DNA from: Escherichia phage nieznany
Sequence record: NC_052659.1
Length of the DNA: 64,000 nucleotides
Direction: 5' to 3' (one strand)
Under the pieces are notes generated by a model. It was not told the origin of the DNA, searched no databases, and worked only from the letters and a program-made list of their open reading frames with translations. This document shows positions 52,980-62,116 of the stretch, piece by piece. Every line of letters starts with the position of its first letter. The first letter of the stretch is position 1. Both the position numbers and the translations under genes were made by a program.

Positions 52980-55133
52980 CTATATATAAAATTTTTGTGT
53001 TGTTACTAAATCTTCTCCAGATTTAGTGGCTAATGTAATTCCACTTATGGTGGCAATCTCAACATTTACCTGTTTAAGAGTGATATCCTGTAAATAAACG
53101 TTCAAAGGCACGTTACCCATATAGAAAACTTGGGATTGAGAATTAACTACTGTGATAGAATCATGCATTATTTGAGGATAGGCCCATATATATTGTGTAA
53201 GTCCGTCAAACTTATTGGCGTTCAACACTATGTTACCTATAATCATCTTCCAAAGATATGTGCGGTAGTTTGATTTAGGATCAAAGCCATACAAAGGTGC
53301 AAGAGTAGCATCTGGAACAAAACCTGAAAGGTAGTGAATATCAGAATATTCAAAACCTAATTTTTCATGTGGTATAGTAATTGCATCAAATGCTTTCATC
53401 ATCTTACCTTCCAGAAGCCAGTCATAACACTCTGAACAGTAAAAATCAAAAGCTTCAGGAATGTAGTAATCAGACGGGAAGTTAACTTTCTCCATCAAAC
53501 CGTTGCCGATAATTGATGGCAAGAACGGAAGCAATGTTACCTTGGCTCCTGGGTAAGTTGCTCTAGTATCTGTTGCAAACTTTGTAACTCTTAATCCTAG
53601 TTTACGAGACAAAAATGCATAGTATTCGTCAAACGGCGTTCCTGTTTTATAATTATCTATTGTTCCTGCATCTTGTGCAAATAAACCTGTTTCTGTGTTG
53701 AATGCCAGTTTGGTAGTGTAATCATATATGCAAGGCATTTTACTTGCTGTATTATACCACCACCAAGGCTCACCAATTTGAATGACAACTGGAATATTAT
53801 TAGCTTGCGAAATAGATGCTATTTTATTAATAACATTTTGCAAATATTCCATACCTTCGTCAATAGTTGGAGACAACACATAACTAGGAGGTTTATACCC
53901 TGTTGCTGCAAGAGCATCGTTCCAATCATGCTGAACCCATTCTACAGGACAAACTGTGCTCATCAATTCAAAACTTAAAGAGTTCATTATTGTGTAGCCC
54001 TTCTCGTTTGCTATAGAATGGAAGCTGTTAAGCCAAGCTTCTGTAGCCGGATTCAGGAAAACAGATTTATTTAAAGCCCAAGATGTTCCATTCCATGAGA
54101 ACTCATAATAGTGAGACATTCCGTTATAATGGTTAATCATCCCACGATAACCTAGTGCATATGTATTATAAATAACTCTCTCTGGAGTCAGGTTATACAT
54201 ATCATCATAAGATGTGCACATGCGAATATCATGTTCAGGCTGGACAAGGTTGCTGACTTTCATCATACTGTAACCAGAGGTAGGTTCAAGAAGAGTGAAA
54301 GTAAACCAAGCCTCTTGACTGTCAATAGGTACAACCTCTTCTATTTCTTCGTACCTTGCTGTAATCAAAGAGAAGAAAATATTATCTACAGCACTCATAT
54401 CCAAAGGAATATCATTATTAGGGCCAGAAAAGATATTACCAAAATCTAACTTGATTGTAGCTGTTTTACCATCTTCTGAAATATCTAAAGCGTAGAATCC
54501 TAAACTGACATAATGAACACTTTTATCCAGGAGAGTTACAGTCAAAGTCGGCACCAAAGGTTCTTCTTTAAAACCTGGCATGTTTTGACTAATTTCCATT
54601 TTAAACCAAAGTTTCTCTGAACTTAAATCTGTGTGGGGTAAATACCCAACACCTTTATGGTCATATTTGTCAACTGTGCTCCAGATAACCCCTGCCAAAC
54701 CTGCTGTTGTTCTGTTTACAAATCTTGCAGTAAAAGAGTCTCCATGAGATACAATAGAACAACTTTCCGTTGCTTGAGAATCTATTGTCCAATACATAGG
54801 AGAGAACATTTTAACGTCTTTTGTAGTCCAAGTTATTGGAGTAGTATTTTCTTGGATAGTAGTTATAATACAATTGATGGTTGTTTCAACCATCATATTA
54901 TTTTGACTAATCCCTGAAACTTGGAGGGAGAAGTTAAGATCTATTGAGTTCTTTGGTCGTTCAAATACTTCAACCACAATAGTAGCAGAATCAGCATCAT
55001 CAGGGAACACAAGTGTTCCCGATTTTGCAATATAATCTCTACCAGCGACTGCTGTTCCGTCAACAGTCGTGTAGTTAAATGAACTCGCATTTACTCTCTT
55101 GTCTCGCGTGACAGTAAATATAGCTTGTTTCAT
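52980..55133 (-). CDS. large tail-associated protein (717 aa), possible enzymatic domain
   Basis: Aromatic-rich globular C-terminal half (IGEPWWWYNT); no motif assignable by eye. Confidence 0.4.
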   Translation of the reverse strand: MKQAIFTVTRDKRVNASSFNYTTVDGTAVAGRDYIAKSGTLVFPDDADSATIVVEVFERPKNSIDLNFSLQVSGISQNNMMVETTINCIITTIQENTTPITWTTKDVKMFSPMYWTIDSQATESCSIVSHGDSFTARFVNRTTAGLAGVIWSTVDKYDHKGVGYLPHTDLSSEKLWFKMEISQNMPGFKEEPLVPTLTVTLLDKSVHYVSLGFYALDISEDGKTATIKLDFGNIFSGPNNDIPLDMSAVDNIFFSLITARYEEIEEVVPIDSQEAWFTFTLLEPTSGYSMMKVSNLVQPEHDIRMCTSYDDMYNLTPERVIYNTYALGYRGMINHYNGMSHYYEFSWNGTSWALNKSVFLNPATEAWLNSFHSIANEKGYTIMNSLSFELMSTVCPVEWVQHDWNDALAATGYKPPSYVLSPTIDEGMEYLQNVINKIASISQANNIPVVIQIGEPWWWYNTASKMPCIYDYTTKLAFNTETGLFAQDAGTIDNYKTGTPFDEYYAFLSRKLGLRVTKFATDTRATYPGAKVTLLPFLPSIIGNGLMEKVNFPSDYYIPEAFDFYCSECYDWLLEGKMMKAFDAITIPHEKLGFEYSDIHYLSGFVPDATLAPLYGFDPKSNYRTYLWKMIIGNIVLNANKFDGLTQYIWAYPQIMHDSITVVNSQSQVFYMGNVPLNVYLQDITLKQVNVEIATISGITLATKSGEDLVTTQKFYI

Positions 55134-55141
55134 TTTACCCC

Positions 55142-58018
55142 TTACTCGGTAACGTCCACACTAATGTTTGCCATTGTCAAAACAGTAAGTGCAGGAATAT
55201 TGCTCGAATCCAAAACAGGTAATGCATTTTGGGGATTAAGTTTTTTGTATAAAGCATACAACCCAAAACCACGTAACAACTCTCCAGCGTGGAAGCCAAA
55301 GAAGACTCCGTTATCACTGTCTGGTCTAGGAGCAGCACTCCAACAACCATTCATAACGTGATTAGGACCAAGAACAATATAGTTTTCCTGAATAAGTTCA
55401 AAACAGCGGTCTGCTACTATTTTAATGTTAGGAATTTCTGAATCATATCCAGCCATCCCCATTATAGCACATCCCGCCATAAAGAGCGCAGACATGTGAC
55501 TTGTAAAGTCATCTACAGGCGCAGCCACTTCTCCGTTGGGATAAAATATTGTTGGTGTTCTTCCTTCGTTGTTATCTTGGAACCACTTCAGGTAGTTGAT
55601 CCAGTTTTTACAAACTGTTAAAAGTTTTTCAGGAACTTCGGCTCCTCGTCGCTTTAGTTCGTATACCGTATGACACGCACAGAAGAATGCTCGTGCTTCA
55701 TAACCATCCCAAGCTTTATCGTTCCAATGATACATTGTGAACTCATTTTTGTTTCCATATTTATGAGCATCCCAACGATCCCAAACATAAGCTTGTGCCA
55801 TTGGCCCAGGCATTACAGGGGCAAACTTATTATAAAACCACATTTGTGAATCATATAAAAAGTCTATACTGTTGTTCATACGAACCCAGTCAATATCTCT
55901 CCCTTTAAAACAATATAAGGATGGGTATTGATAACCTGGGTAAGGAATACCACGCCAACCGTCATATAATGCTGTGTTAGGATCACTAATATTGGAAAAT
56001 GGAATGATTCCTGGAGTATAATTCAAACTGTCAAGTTTGTAGTCCAGTATTGTACAATCTCCAAGTTTTGCTGTATAAGGATTTTCAGATGAAACTGTAA
56101 CCCTGAAATACATTGTGTAATCATCGCCAGCGGCTGAAGAATACAAAGATGGGATATCGTTAACGCAATAAAAGTCGATTGCCCCTGTCAAGCCATTTGC
56201 AGGTTCAGAATCCAATGCAATATTGATCTGATCAACAGCAGTCAGGTTTATTGACGAAGGTTTTGCCTCTGTGTCTTCGTGATTAGGTTGCCAAGTACTT
56301 AATTTGAAATCGGCAGGACTTAAAGCTTTAGTAACCCATGCAGAATTTGTTTTTTCTAACATGGCCCACCATCTCCAACCTGCGGAATCCGTAATAGTGA
56401 TGTTAAAATCATCTGCGTATGAACGATACGTAATAGATTTTAAATTGGCTGTTTTAGTTGGTGTTAACCAAAACCCAACAGTAAAACCACCATCTGAATC
56501 CATATTAGCAGAAACTATCTGATCACTATTTGTCCCAGCAATACCAGTTGCATATTTATATTGTATCACAGTATTGCTTCCCCAGTCAACAATAATTCTG
56601 GGTTCAGCAATAATATATACACCACCTCCAGGAGGTTCGGTGCGCATAAAACTAGATAAAGGTATATCCATCTTAGTCATATTAGCTGCACCAAGAGGTA
56701 AGCCACAACGATATGTCACTGTGTCTGTTTCACTCTTAGTCTTGCTTAATTCTAACTCTGGACGGAAAAGAACACCTTCCCCTGCATCATCTACACCTTG
56801 AAACTCAATACGCAGTTTTGAATTCTGATCCACTCTGAACCAAACTGCCTGTTGTTCTAGAGTTGTTTGTGCTGAAACATCTTGGCGAATTACTGTGTAT
56901 CCTAATTCGTCACGAGAATATTTAGGTATTGCTGTAGATGGGTATGAGTAATCATACGAGATACCATCTGTAAAAGGAATTATTGCTGTCGTAGATCTAC
57001 GGAAGAATTTATCAAACATATCGATGTTTGAGTAGTCTTGACACAACAATAAAGAAGATTGCCAGCAAAGCCAGTATTTTCTCTCTCCTGTGATCTGATA
57101 CATCAAGTAGTTTGCATCACACCACCACGTTTCAGCATCGGAAGCATTATCTTGATAGCCTAACTCTACCGGAACGTTCACAGGACGGTTATGCCACATC
57201 TCATTACGCTTAAGCAGATATCCACCGTGTTCTACAGGATTGCATGTAGCGTAGTTGAATTTATAGTCCCCGTTCACAGAAGCATTTTTAAGTTGCACTG
57301 TTCCATATTCTGCGAAGCTGTGACCTGTAGATAAAATGTTACCATCCCAATCAACTTTACGTCCTAGACGATCTATAATCCATTCAACGTCCCACTGATC
57401 TCCATATTCTTTCCAGTTGGTTGAACCATCTGGGTTAGTTGCATACACTGTTGCGTTAACAGAGTTCCAACCAAGATTACCATTGAAAGCAAACCAAGCT
57501 TTATCTAAGTATTCTCCCCAGTGTGGCGCACCTTTAGGAATAATAGTCCTTCCGTTAATCCAAGTCATCATGCTACCTTTGAACCCACCGTGCGTAGGAT
57601 ACCCATCATCTGTGAGAGGGTAATGTGCTAAACGTGGTTCTTTACCATTGATGATCCAGTTGGGACGATATTTAGCCGGAGGATCAGGAATAGGTTGGCC
57701 CCCGAAGAAGTGATCTATATAGGCTTGCCAATACTTCTCGGCAGATTCAAGATATTTTTTATCCCCTGTAGCCAAATATGCATAAGCAAAACCAGTGATA
57801 AGCACAGATTGACCTTCGGTAGTAGCGTCACCGTTTGGTTGCCCTTCCTGCGCTGTCCAGTTAATAAAGTGTCTGTTGTTCGCCAATACGTTTTGTGGGT
57901 TGATAATGTAATGCTGAACCGTAGGATCTATGGTAAGCCCAGTATTTCTTTCCAAAAACTGAACCAACCCTTCAATCAACTGAAACGTGTTGTCAATATT
58001 GTGCTTAACTCTTGACAT
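55142..58018 (-). CDS. large Trp-rich tail-associated protein (958 aa), possible carbohydrate-active domain
   Basis: High Trp/Tyr content typical of glycan-binding or glycan-degrading folds; context in the tail module. Confidence 0.35.
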   Translation of the reverse strand: MSRVKHNIDNTFQLIEGLVQFLERNTGLTIDPTVQHYIINPQNVLANNRHFINWTAQEGQPNGDATTEGQSVLITGFAYAYLATGDKKYLESAEKYWQAYIDHFFGGQPIPDPPAKYRPNWIINGKEPRLAHYPLTDDGYPTHGGFKGSMMTWINGRTIIPKGAPHWGEYLDKAWFAFNGNLGWNSVNATVYATNPDGSTNWKEYGDQWDVEWIIDRLGRKVDWDGNILSTGHSFAEYGTVQLKNASVNGDYKFNYATCNPVEHGGYLLKRNEMWHNRPVNVPVELGYQDNASDAETWWCDANYLMYQITGERKYWLCWQSSLLLCQDYSNIDMFDKFFRRSTTAIIPFTDGISYDYSYPSTAIPKYSRDELGYTVIRQDVSAQTTLEQQAVWFRVDQNSKLRIEFQGVDDAGEGVLFRPELELSKTKSETDTVTYRCGLPLGAANMTKMDIPLSSFMRTEPPGGGVYIIAEPRIIVDWGSNTVIQYKYATGIAGTNSDQIVSANMDSDGGFTVGFWLTPTKTANLKSITYRSYADDFNITITDSAGWRWWAMLEKTNSAWVTKALSPADFKLSTWQPNHEDTEAKPSSINLTAVDQINIALDSEPANGLTGAIDFYCVNDIPSLYSSAAGDDYTMYFRVTVSSENPYTAKLGDCTILDYKLDSLNYTPGIIPFSNISDPNTALYDGWRGIPYPGYQYPSLYCFKGRDIDWVRMNNSIDFLYDSQMWFYNKFAPVMPGPMAQAYVWDRWDAHKYGNKNEFTMYHWNDKAWDGYEARAFFCACHTVYELKRRGAEVPEKLLTVCKNWINYLKWFQDNNEGRTPTIFYPNGEVAAPVDDFTSHMSALFMAGCAIMGMAGYDSEIPNIKIVADRCFELIQENYIVLGPNHVMNGCWSAAPRPDSDNGVFFGFHAGELLRGFGLYALYKKLNPQNALPVLDSSNIPALTVLTMANISVDVTE

Positions 58019-58491
58019 TAAATAACTCCTGCTAAAACTAAGCTACCTGTCCAAGTTGCACCATTATCATAACTGATAAACTCAAAAGTGTCTGTTGCAC
58101 CTTGACGATAACTCAAAACTGGGGGACGACCAAAACTCCATTTTACAGAAGAAGGCCATACGACTTTATTTGCACCACTTCCTTGACGCAAAGCTAAAGT
58201 AAAGTTTAAAACTGCATTTGTTGCTACTGGAATATTAGTAAAACTAATTGTGCACGTTGCAGAAGATAAAGTTGCAGAAAAATATTCTGCTGAACTAATA
58301 TCTAATGCCAAGGTGCTGGTTACTGTTCCCCGTGCATTCAGACGGTTTCTAGTTACCCCTGCACCACTCAACAGCACTTTCAAAGAAGTTTTCTTTGTTA
58401 TTCCAGCCTGATCTGTTACAAAGAAATCTGTATCAGACACAGAGGTTGTTTGTGTAAGATCAGAAATTTTGATCGTAGTTAAATCTGCCAT
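58018..58491 (-). CDS. hypothetical structural protein (157 aa)
   Basis: Coupled ORF in the baseplate region. Confidence 0.45.
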   Translation of the reverse strand: MADLTTIKISDLTQTTSVSDTDFFVTDQAGITKKTSLKVLLSGAGVTRNRLNARGTVTSTLALDISSAEYFSATLSSATCTISFTNIPVATNAVLNFTLALRQGSGANKVVWPSSVKWSFGRPPVLSYRQGATDTFEFISYDNGATWTGSLVLAGVI

Positions 58492-59117
58492 TACTCTTCT
58501 ACTCCTGTCATAGCTGTTATACCGAAATTATTGTTTGTAGTTAATGCATCACCTTTTTCGTTAACCATGATTCTTTCCACTGCTGACTCTGTAGACCATT
58601 CATTCCACCAAGTAGAGTAGGTATCACGTGGCAAACCAACAAAGTTGATAAAGCGATAAAGTCTATTCGAATTCTCAACAATACTGTAAGCTTCACAAAT
58701 GATCGCTGCATTGTCTTCACCAGCTTCAGGGTAAATAAACTCTTCAGAAGGTTGAGTATTGAATATAGATGTTACTGTATCTGCTCCTACTGTGACCATA
58801 ACTGTCATTGAGTAATAACGTTGATCCATGTCATAAGCAGATTTATAACTGTTTATTGTATCTATGTAAACGTTTTTGGCAATCTCTGCTAAAAATATTC
58901 TGTCTACAATATCTTTCTTTCTAGCAACACCAATAATCTCTTGTAAGTAAGGAACACCGAAGTTAGTATTTAAAAACCACTCCCCACGATACGTGTTCAG
59001 AGTTATCCCAAGAGTTTGTGCTGCAATTTCTGTTCTGGTTGTAGTGAGGACCAAATCCCCATCATCCATGATGAGGTCGTTGTTTGGTCCAAGTTTTAAG
59101 TCAAAAGGGATTCCCAT
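58491..59117 (-). CDS. baseplate wedge protein, gp25/GpW-like
   Basis: TRTEIAAQTLGITLNTYRGEWFLNTNFGVPY fits the GPW/gp25 family pattern; follows the spike-like gene. Confidence 0.45.
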   Translation of the reverse strand: MGIPFDLKLGPNNDLIMDDGDLVLTTTRTEIAAQTLGITLNTYRGEWFLNTNFGVPYLQEIIGVARKKDIVDRIFLAEIAKNVYIDTINSYKSAYDMDQRYYSMTVMVTVGADTVTSIFNTQPSEEFIYPEAGEDNAAIICEAYSIVENSNRLYRFINFVGLPRDTYSTWWNEWSTESAVERIMVNEKGDALTTNNNFGITAMTGVEE

Positions 59118-59118
59118 G

Positions 59119-59853
59119 TTAGGCTCCTGTTGGTTTTAAGGACTCGGCACTTGAGCTACCGCTCTGAATGTTACGAACCGTGTGCGTGTGAGTATGGAAT
59201 CCGATGCCATTACCATCTGTCATCAAACCGTTCTGATCTATTTTAAGACCATTGATATCTGCCACGCCGCCTTTGAAAGTTAAATTACCACCTTTTAGAT
59301 CCAAAGTCCCTGTGCCATCTGTAATAGTAATACCGGAGGTAGTAATATCTATTTTCATCCCTTGACTATTCCATATTGAAATATTACCTGTAGGGTCGAA
59401 AGAAGCGTACGTGTTTTTGTTATTAGAAATAACTACCTTTTCAGAATCTACAGCTTCTGTTGAATCTGTTCCTGTAGCTATTTTGGGAATAAAACAAATA
59501 GGGTATAATCCACAAGGCTGCATAAAAGTGGATGATGAAGAGGTTTCTCCACTAGTTTGCAGTGCATTAGAAGGATCTCTTTCAGAAAATATAACAGTTC
59601 CTAAATCGCCAGCTTTAATAGGGAATGAGATTCTTCCTGTCCCACCCCCATTAACCATAAAAGGAACATCTTCAAAAGTAGGGTAATCTATTTCATCTTC
59701 ACTAGATCGTGTGTTTTTAACAATAGATTCTAAAGTGACAGTTTTAGCACCATAATTAACGCCAGTCACACGGACTGGCAGGGCTGTATGGACTTCTGCT
59801 AATTGTTCTGTCATTAAGCCACGCATTGCTGTGACAAAATTTAATGCATCCAT
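59119..59853 (-). CDS. baseplate central spike-like protein with His-rich apex motif
   Basis: N-terminal OB-like region, Gly/Thr-rich beta-helix-like middle, then GFHTHTHTV near the C-terminus. Confidence 0.4.
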   Translation of the reverse strand: MDALNFVTAMRGLMTEQLAEVHTALPVRVTGVNYGAKTVTLESIVKNTRSSEDEIDYPTFEDVPFMVNGGGTGRISFPIKAGDLGTVIFSERDPSNALQTSGETSSSSTFMQPCGLYPICFIPKIATGTDSTEAVDSEKVVISNNKNTYASFDPTGNISIWNSQGMKIDITTSGITITDGTGTLDLKGGNLTFKGGVADINGLKIDQNGLMTDGNGIGFHTHTHTVRNIQSGSSSAESLKPTGA

Positions 59854-60863
59854 TATTTCTCCTTAGTCATTATTTCAGACACGGATACACACTCCACTTC
59901 AGTAACCCACTCTTTACCCTCTTTATCACCATTGTGAGAAACAGAAACAACTTTAAATGGACCATCATAATCTCGGCTTTTTAACCAGATTGTTTTTTCT
60001 GGTAATATTGCACCATTCATTTGGCATTTGAATTTAACACCATCTGTAGGTTTCTTTGCCTTCTTAGATGACTTGGTAACTTTTTTAGTAGGTTTTATAT
60101 CGTTGTGGAATGGTTCTGGACTTCCTATCAGACCAGTTTCAGGGCTAATGTAGGCGCTACGTGCACTAGACATTTGTGAACGAGGAGTGACATAAACAGA
60201 TCCATCTTGTATTGACACATTGTGATCAATACTTTTACAAATATGTTCTAGGTAATGTGAAGTGTTTCCACACATAGCTGTTGCTGAGGATAAGGTTTGA
60301 TCATTATCTACGTGTATATTACCTTCTGTAGTTCCTAAATCCTTTACCAAATCTGTCACAACACGTTTGATTTTAGTTCCTTTTGGATAACTGCGGCTTG
60401 TTCTTGCTTCTGCAATGTTAATACCGCCATCCAAACAGTGTAAAGTGGTTTTCCTGTCTACCGAGTCAAAAGTATCACTAACCCACTGGATAGTTCCTTT
60501 GAAGACCATAACCAACTCTTCACCTTCGTATCCTACCGCTAAAGCAACAGCCAAGTTATTTCGGATACCACGGTTTATATAGTTAACAGTATCATCCGAA
60601 AGGTTATAAACTACAATCTCTGCTTGGTTAGGATCTTTGTTATTATCTTTCTTAATACTGAAGGTTATTTGATGGTCTTGCAACAAATACAAATTAGAAG
60701 AGGATTTTTCTGTTGTTCCTAACTTGGTATCCAAATCTACTGTAGATTTAAATGCCGAGTTCTTAGTTCTCTTCTGTATTGTGTTTGTGGCAGAACCAAT
60801 TAATAGTTTGTATGCCCTGTTTAAATTAGGGGCAGGAGCTTTTGTATACTCTCTTTCTGCCAT
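59853..60863 (-). CDS. baseplate hub-like protein
   Basis: 336 aa immediately upstream of the spike gene (gpD/gp44 position); context only. Confidence 0.3.
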   Translation of the reverse strand: MAEREYTKAPAPNLNRAYKLLIGSATNTIQKRTKNSAFKSTVDLDTKLGTTEKSSSNLYLLQDHQITFSIKKDNNKDPNQAEIVVYNLSDDTVNYINRGIRNNLAVALAVGYEGEELVMVFKGTIQWVSDTFDSVDRKTTLHCLDGGINIAEARTSRSYPKGTKIKRVVTDLVKDLGTTEGNIHVDNDQTLSSATAMCGNTSHYLEHICKSIDHNVSIQDGSVYVTPRSQMSSARSAYISPETGLIGSPEPFHNDIKPTKKVTKSSKKAKKPTDGVKFKCQMNGAILPEKTIWLKSRDYDGPFKVVSVSHNGDKEGKEWVTEVECVSVSEIMTKEK

Positions 60864-60872
60864 ATTATCTCC

Positions 60873-61286
60873 TTACGCCTGATTAGGTTTGTTATCAATA
60901 TAAACCAATACAAAACGTTTATCTCGACCTGTAGTTGTATACCCAGGACGACCATTAATCTTAACTGTATCTACTATATACAATTGACCATCTGGCACAC
61001 TTTCAAGATATTTATAAGGTTTAAGAAGATCTAAACCATTTGTAACTTTGAAACTTATACTTGGATCATCTCCAGATAATCCAATCTGACATTGCCAAGA
61101 CTCGTCCCTAGTGTTCCACCTTAAACGAATGTCATAATCAACCCCATCCAATGTAACTGTATATGTTTGATCAGGATACTCTTCAGTTTTCAGATACCAT
61201 GCAAAATAAGTAGAATGGTCCTCTAGATAAACTGCACTGTAGCCTGTATTACTTGTAGACCTTGTTGTTTTAGAATAAGTTGTCAC
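60873..61286 (-). CDS. hypothetical structural protein (137 aa)
   Basis: Coupled ORF. Confidence 0.45.
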   Translation of the reverse strand: MTTYSKTTRSTSNTGYSAVYLEDHSTYFAWYLKTEEYPDQTYTVTLDGVDYDIRLRWNTRDESWQCQIGLSGDDPSISFKVTNGLDLLKPYKYLESVPDGQLYIVDTVKINGRPGYTTTGRDKRFVLVYIDNKPNQA

Positions 61287-61288
61287 TA

Positions 61289-61990
61289 TTAACCTCCGTT
61301 GTTTGTTGGGGTATTAGTAGCTTCAGCAGTTCTTACTGTAATATCTGACTTAGGACCATTCGAAGCAACTTGACCTTTCACATCACCACCAGTCGATTTA
61401 TTTGGTGCTGTTTTTACAGCAATAGCATTAGTAGTGGCCTTAGAAACGAGACGGATTTGTTCAAACTCTAAATCAAATTGCATAGCAAATTCAGATTTAT
61501 AATCATAAGAGTAGCCTTTGAGAATAACATTTTCAAAAGTCCTATGTTCTGTCAAAAGAACTATTGGTTGTCTTGACTCAAATATTTGATCTAAATATTC
61601 TATTGCTTGAGAAATCCTTGCCCCATTTACACCTGCACTGTATAATTGATCTCGCATAAGCCGAATTGGTGTTTCGGTAATTATACCTGAAAGTTTAAAT
61701 CTGTTGTTTTTTATTTGAACGTGGTCACTTACATCCGATCCTGATTCTACTGGAAAACTTGTAACATCTGCCTCACGAGTTACACCTACTTCAGGGACCG
61801 AATCGAAAGTAATTGCTTTAAAGTTTTGAATGTATTGATCACTTGAACTATTATAAACACTTGCTAAAATGCAGAAACCATTATCACCCTTTACAGTAGA
61901 TGCCGAGGTATTTTTATTCTCGGTAGAGTTGATTTCCTGTTCTGCCTTATAGACGGCTCTCACCGACTGTTGTGGAGTCATTGCTGCCAT
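61289..61990 (-). CDS. hypothetical structural protein (233 aa)
   Basis: First gene after the internal promoter at 62050-62079. Confidence 0.45.
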   Translation of the reverse strand: MAAMTPQQSVRAVYKAEQEINSTENKNTSASTVKGDNGFCILASVYNSSSDQYIQNFKAITFDSVPEVGVTREADVTSFPVESGSDVSDHVQIKNNRFKLSGIITETPIRLMRDQLYSAGVNGARISQAIEYLDQIFESRQPIVLLTEHRTFENVILKGYSYDYKSEFAMQFDLEFEQIRLVSKATTNAIAVKTAPNKSTGGDVKGQVASNGPKSDITVRTAEATNTPTNNGG

Positions 61991-62049
61991 GATAACCTCG
62001 TAGTAATGATAATGCCAAAAGGAAGATGCAAGATCTTCCCATATTGATT

Positions 62050-62079
62050 ATTGTAACACATATAGAAACTTCGTGTCAA
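62050..62079 (-). promoter_or_regulatory. sigma70-like promoter with extended -10 (minus strand: TTGACA-18-TGTTACAAT)
   Basis: Reverse complement of 62050-62079; lies between the tape-measure-like gene and the baseplate genes. Confidence 0.45.
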
Positions 62080-62086
62080 GGGAAAC

Positions 62087-62110
62087 GAAAAAACCCCGCC
62101 GAAGCGAGGT
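62087..62110 (-). terminator. rho-independent terminator with UUCG tetraloop (minus strand)
   Basis: Minus-strand RNA CCUCGC-UUCG-GCGGGG followed by UUUUUU, just after the stop of the 624-aa gene. Confidence 0.55.
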
Positions 62111-62116
62111 ATTTTA

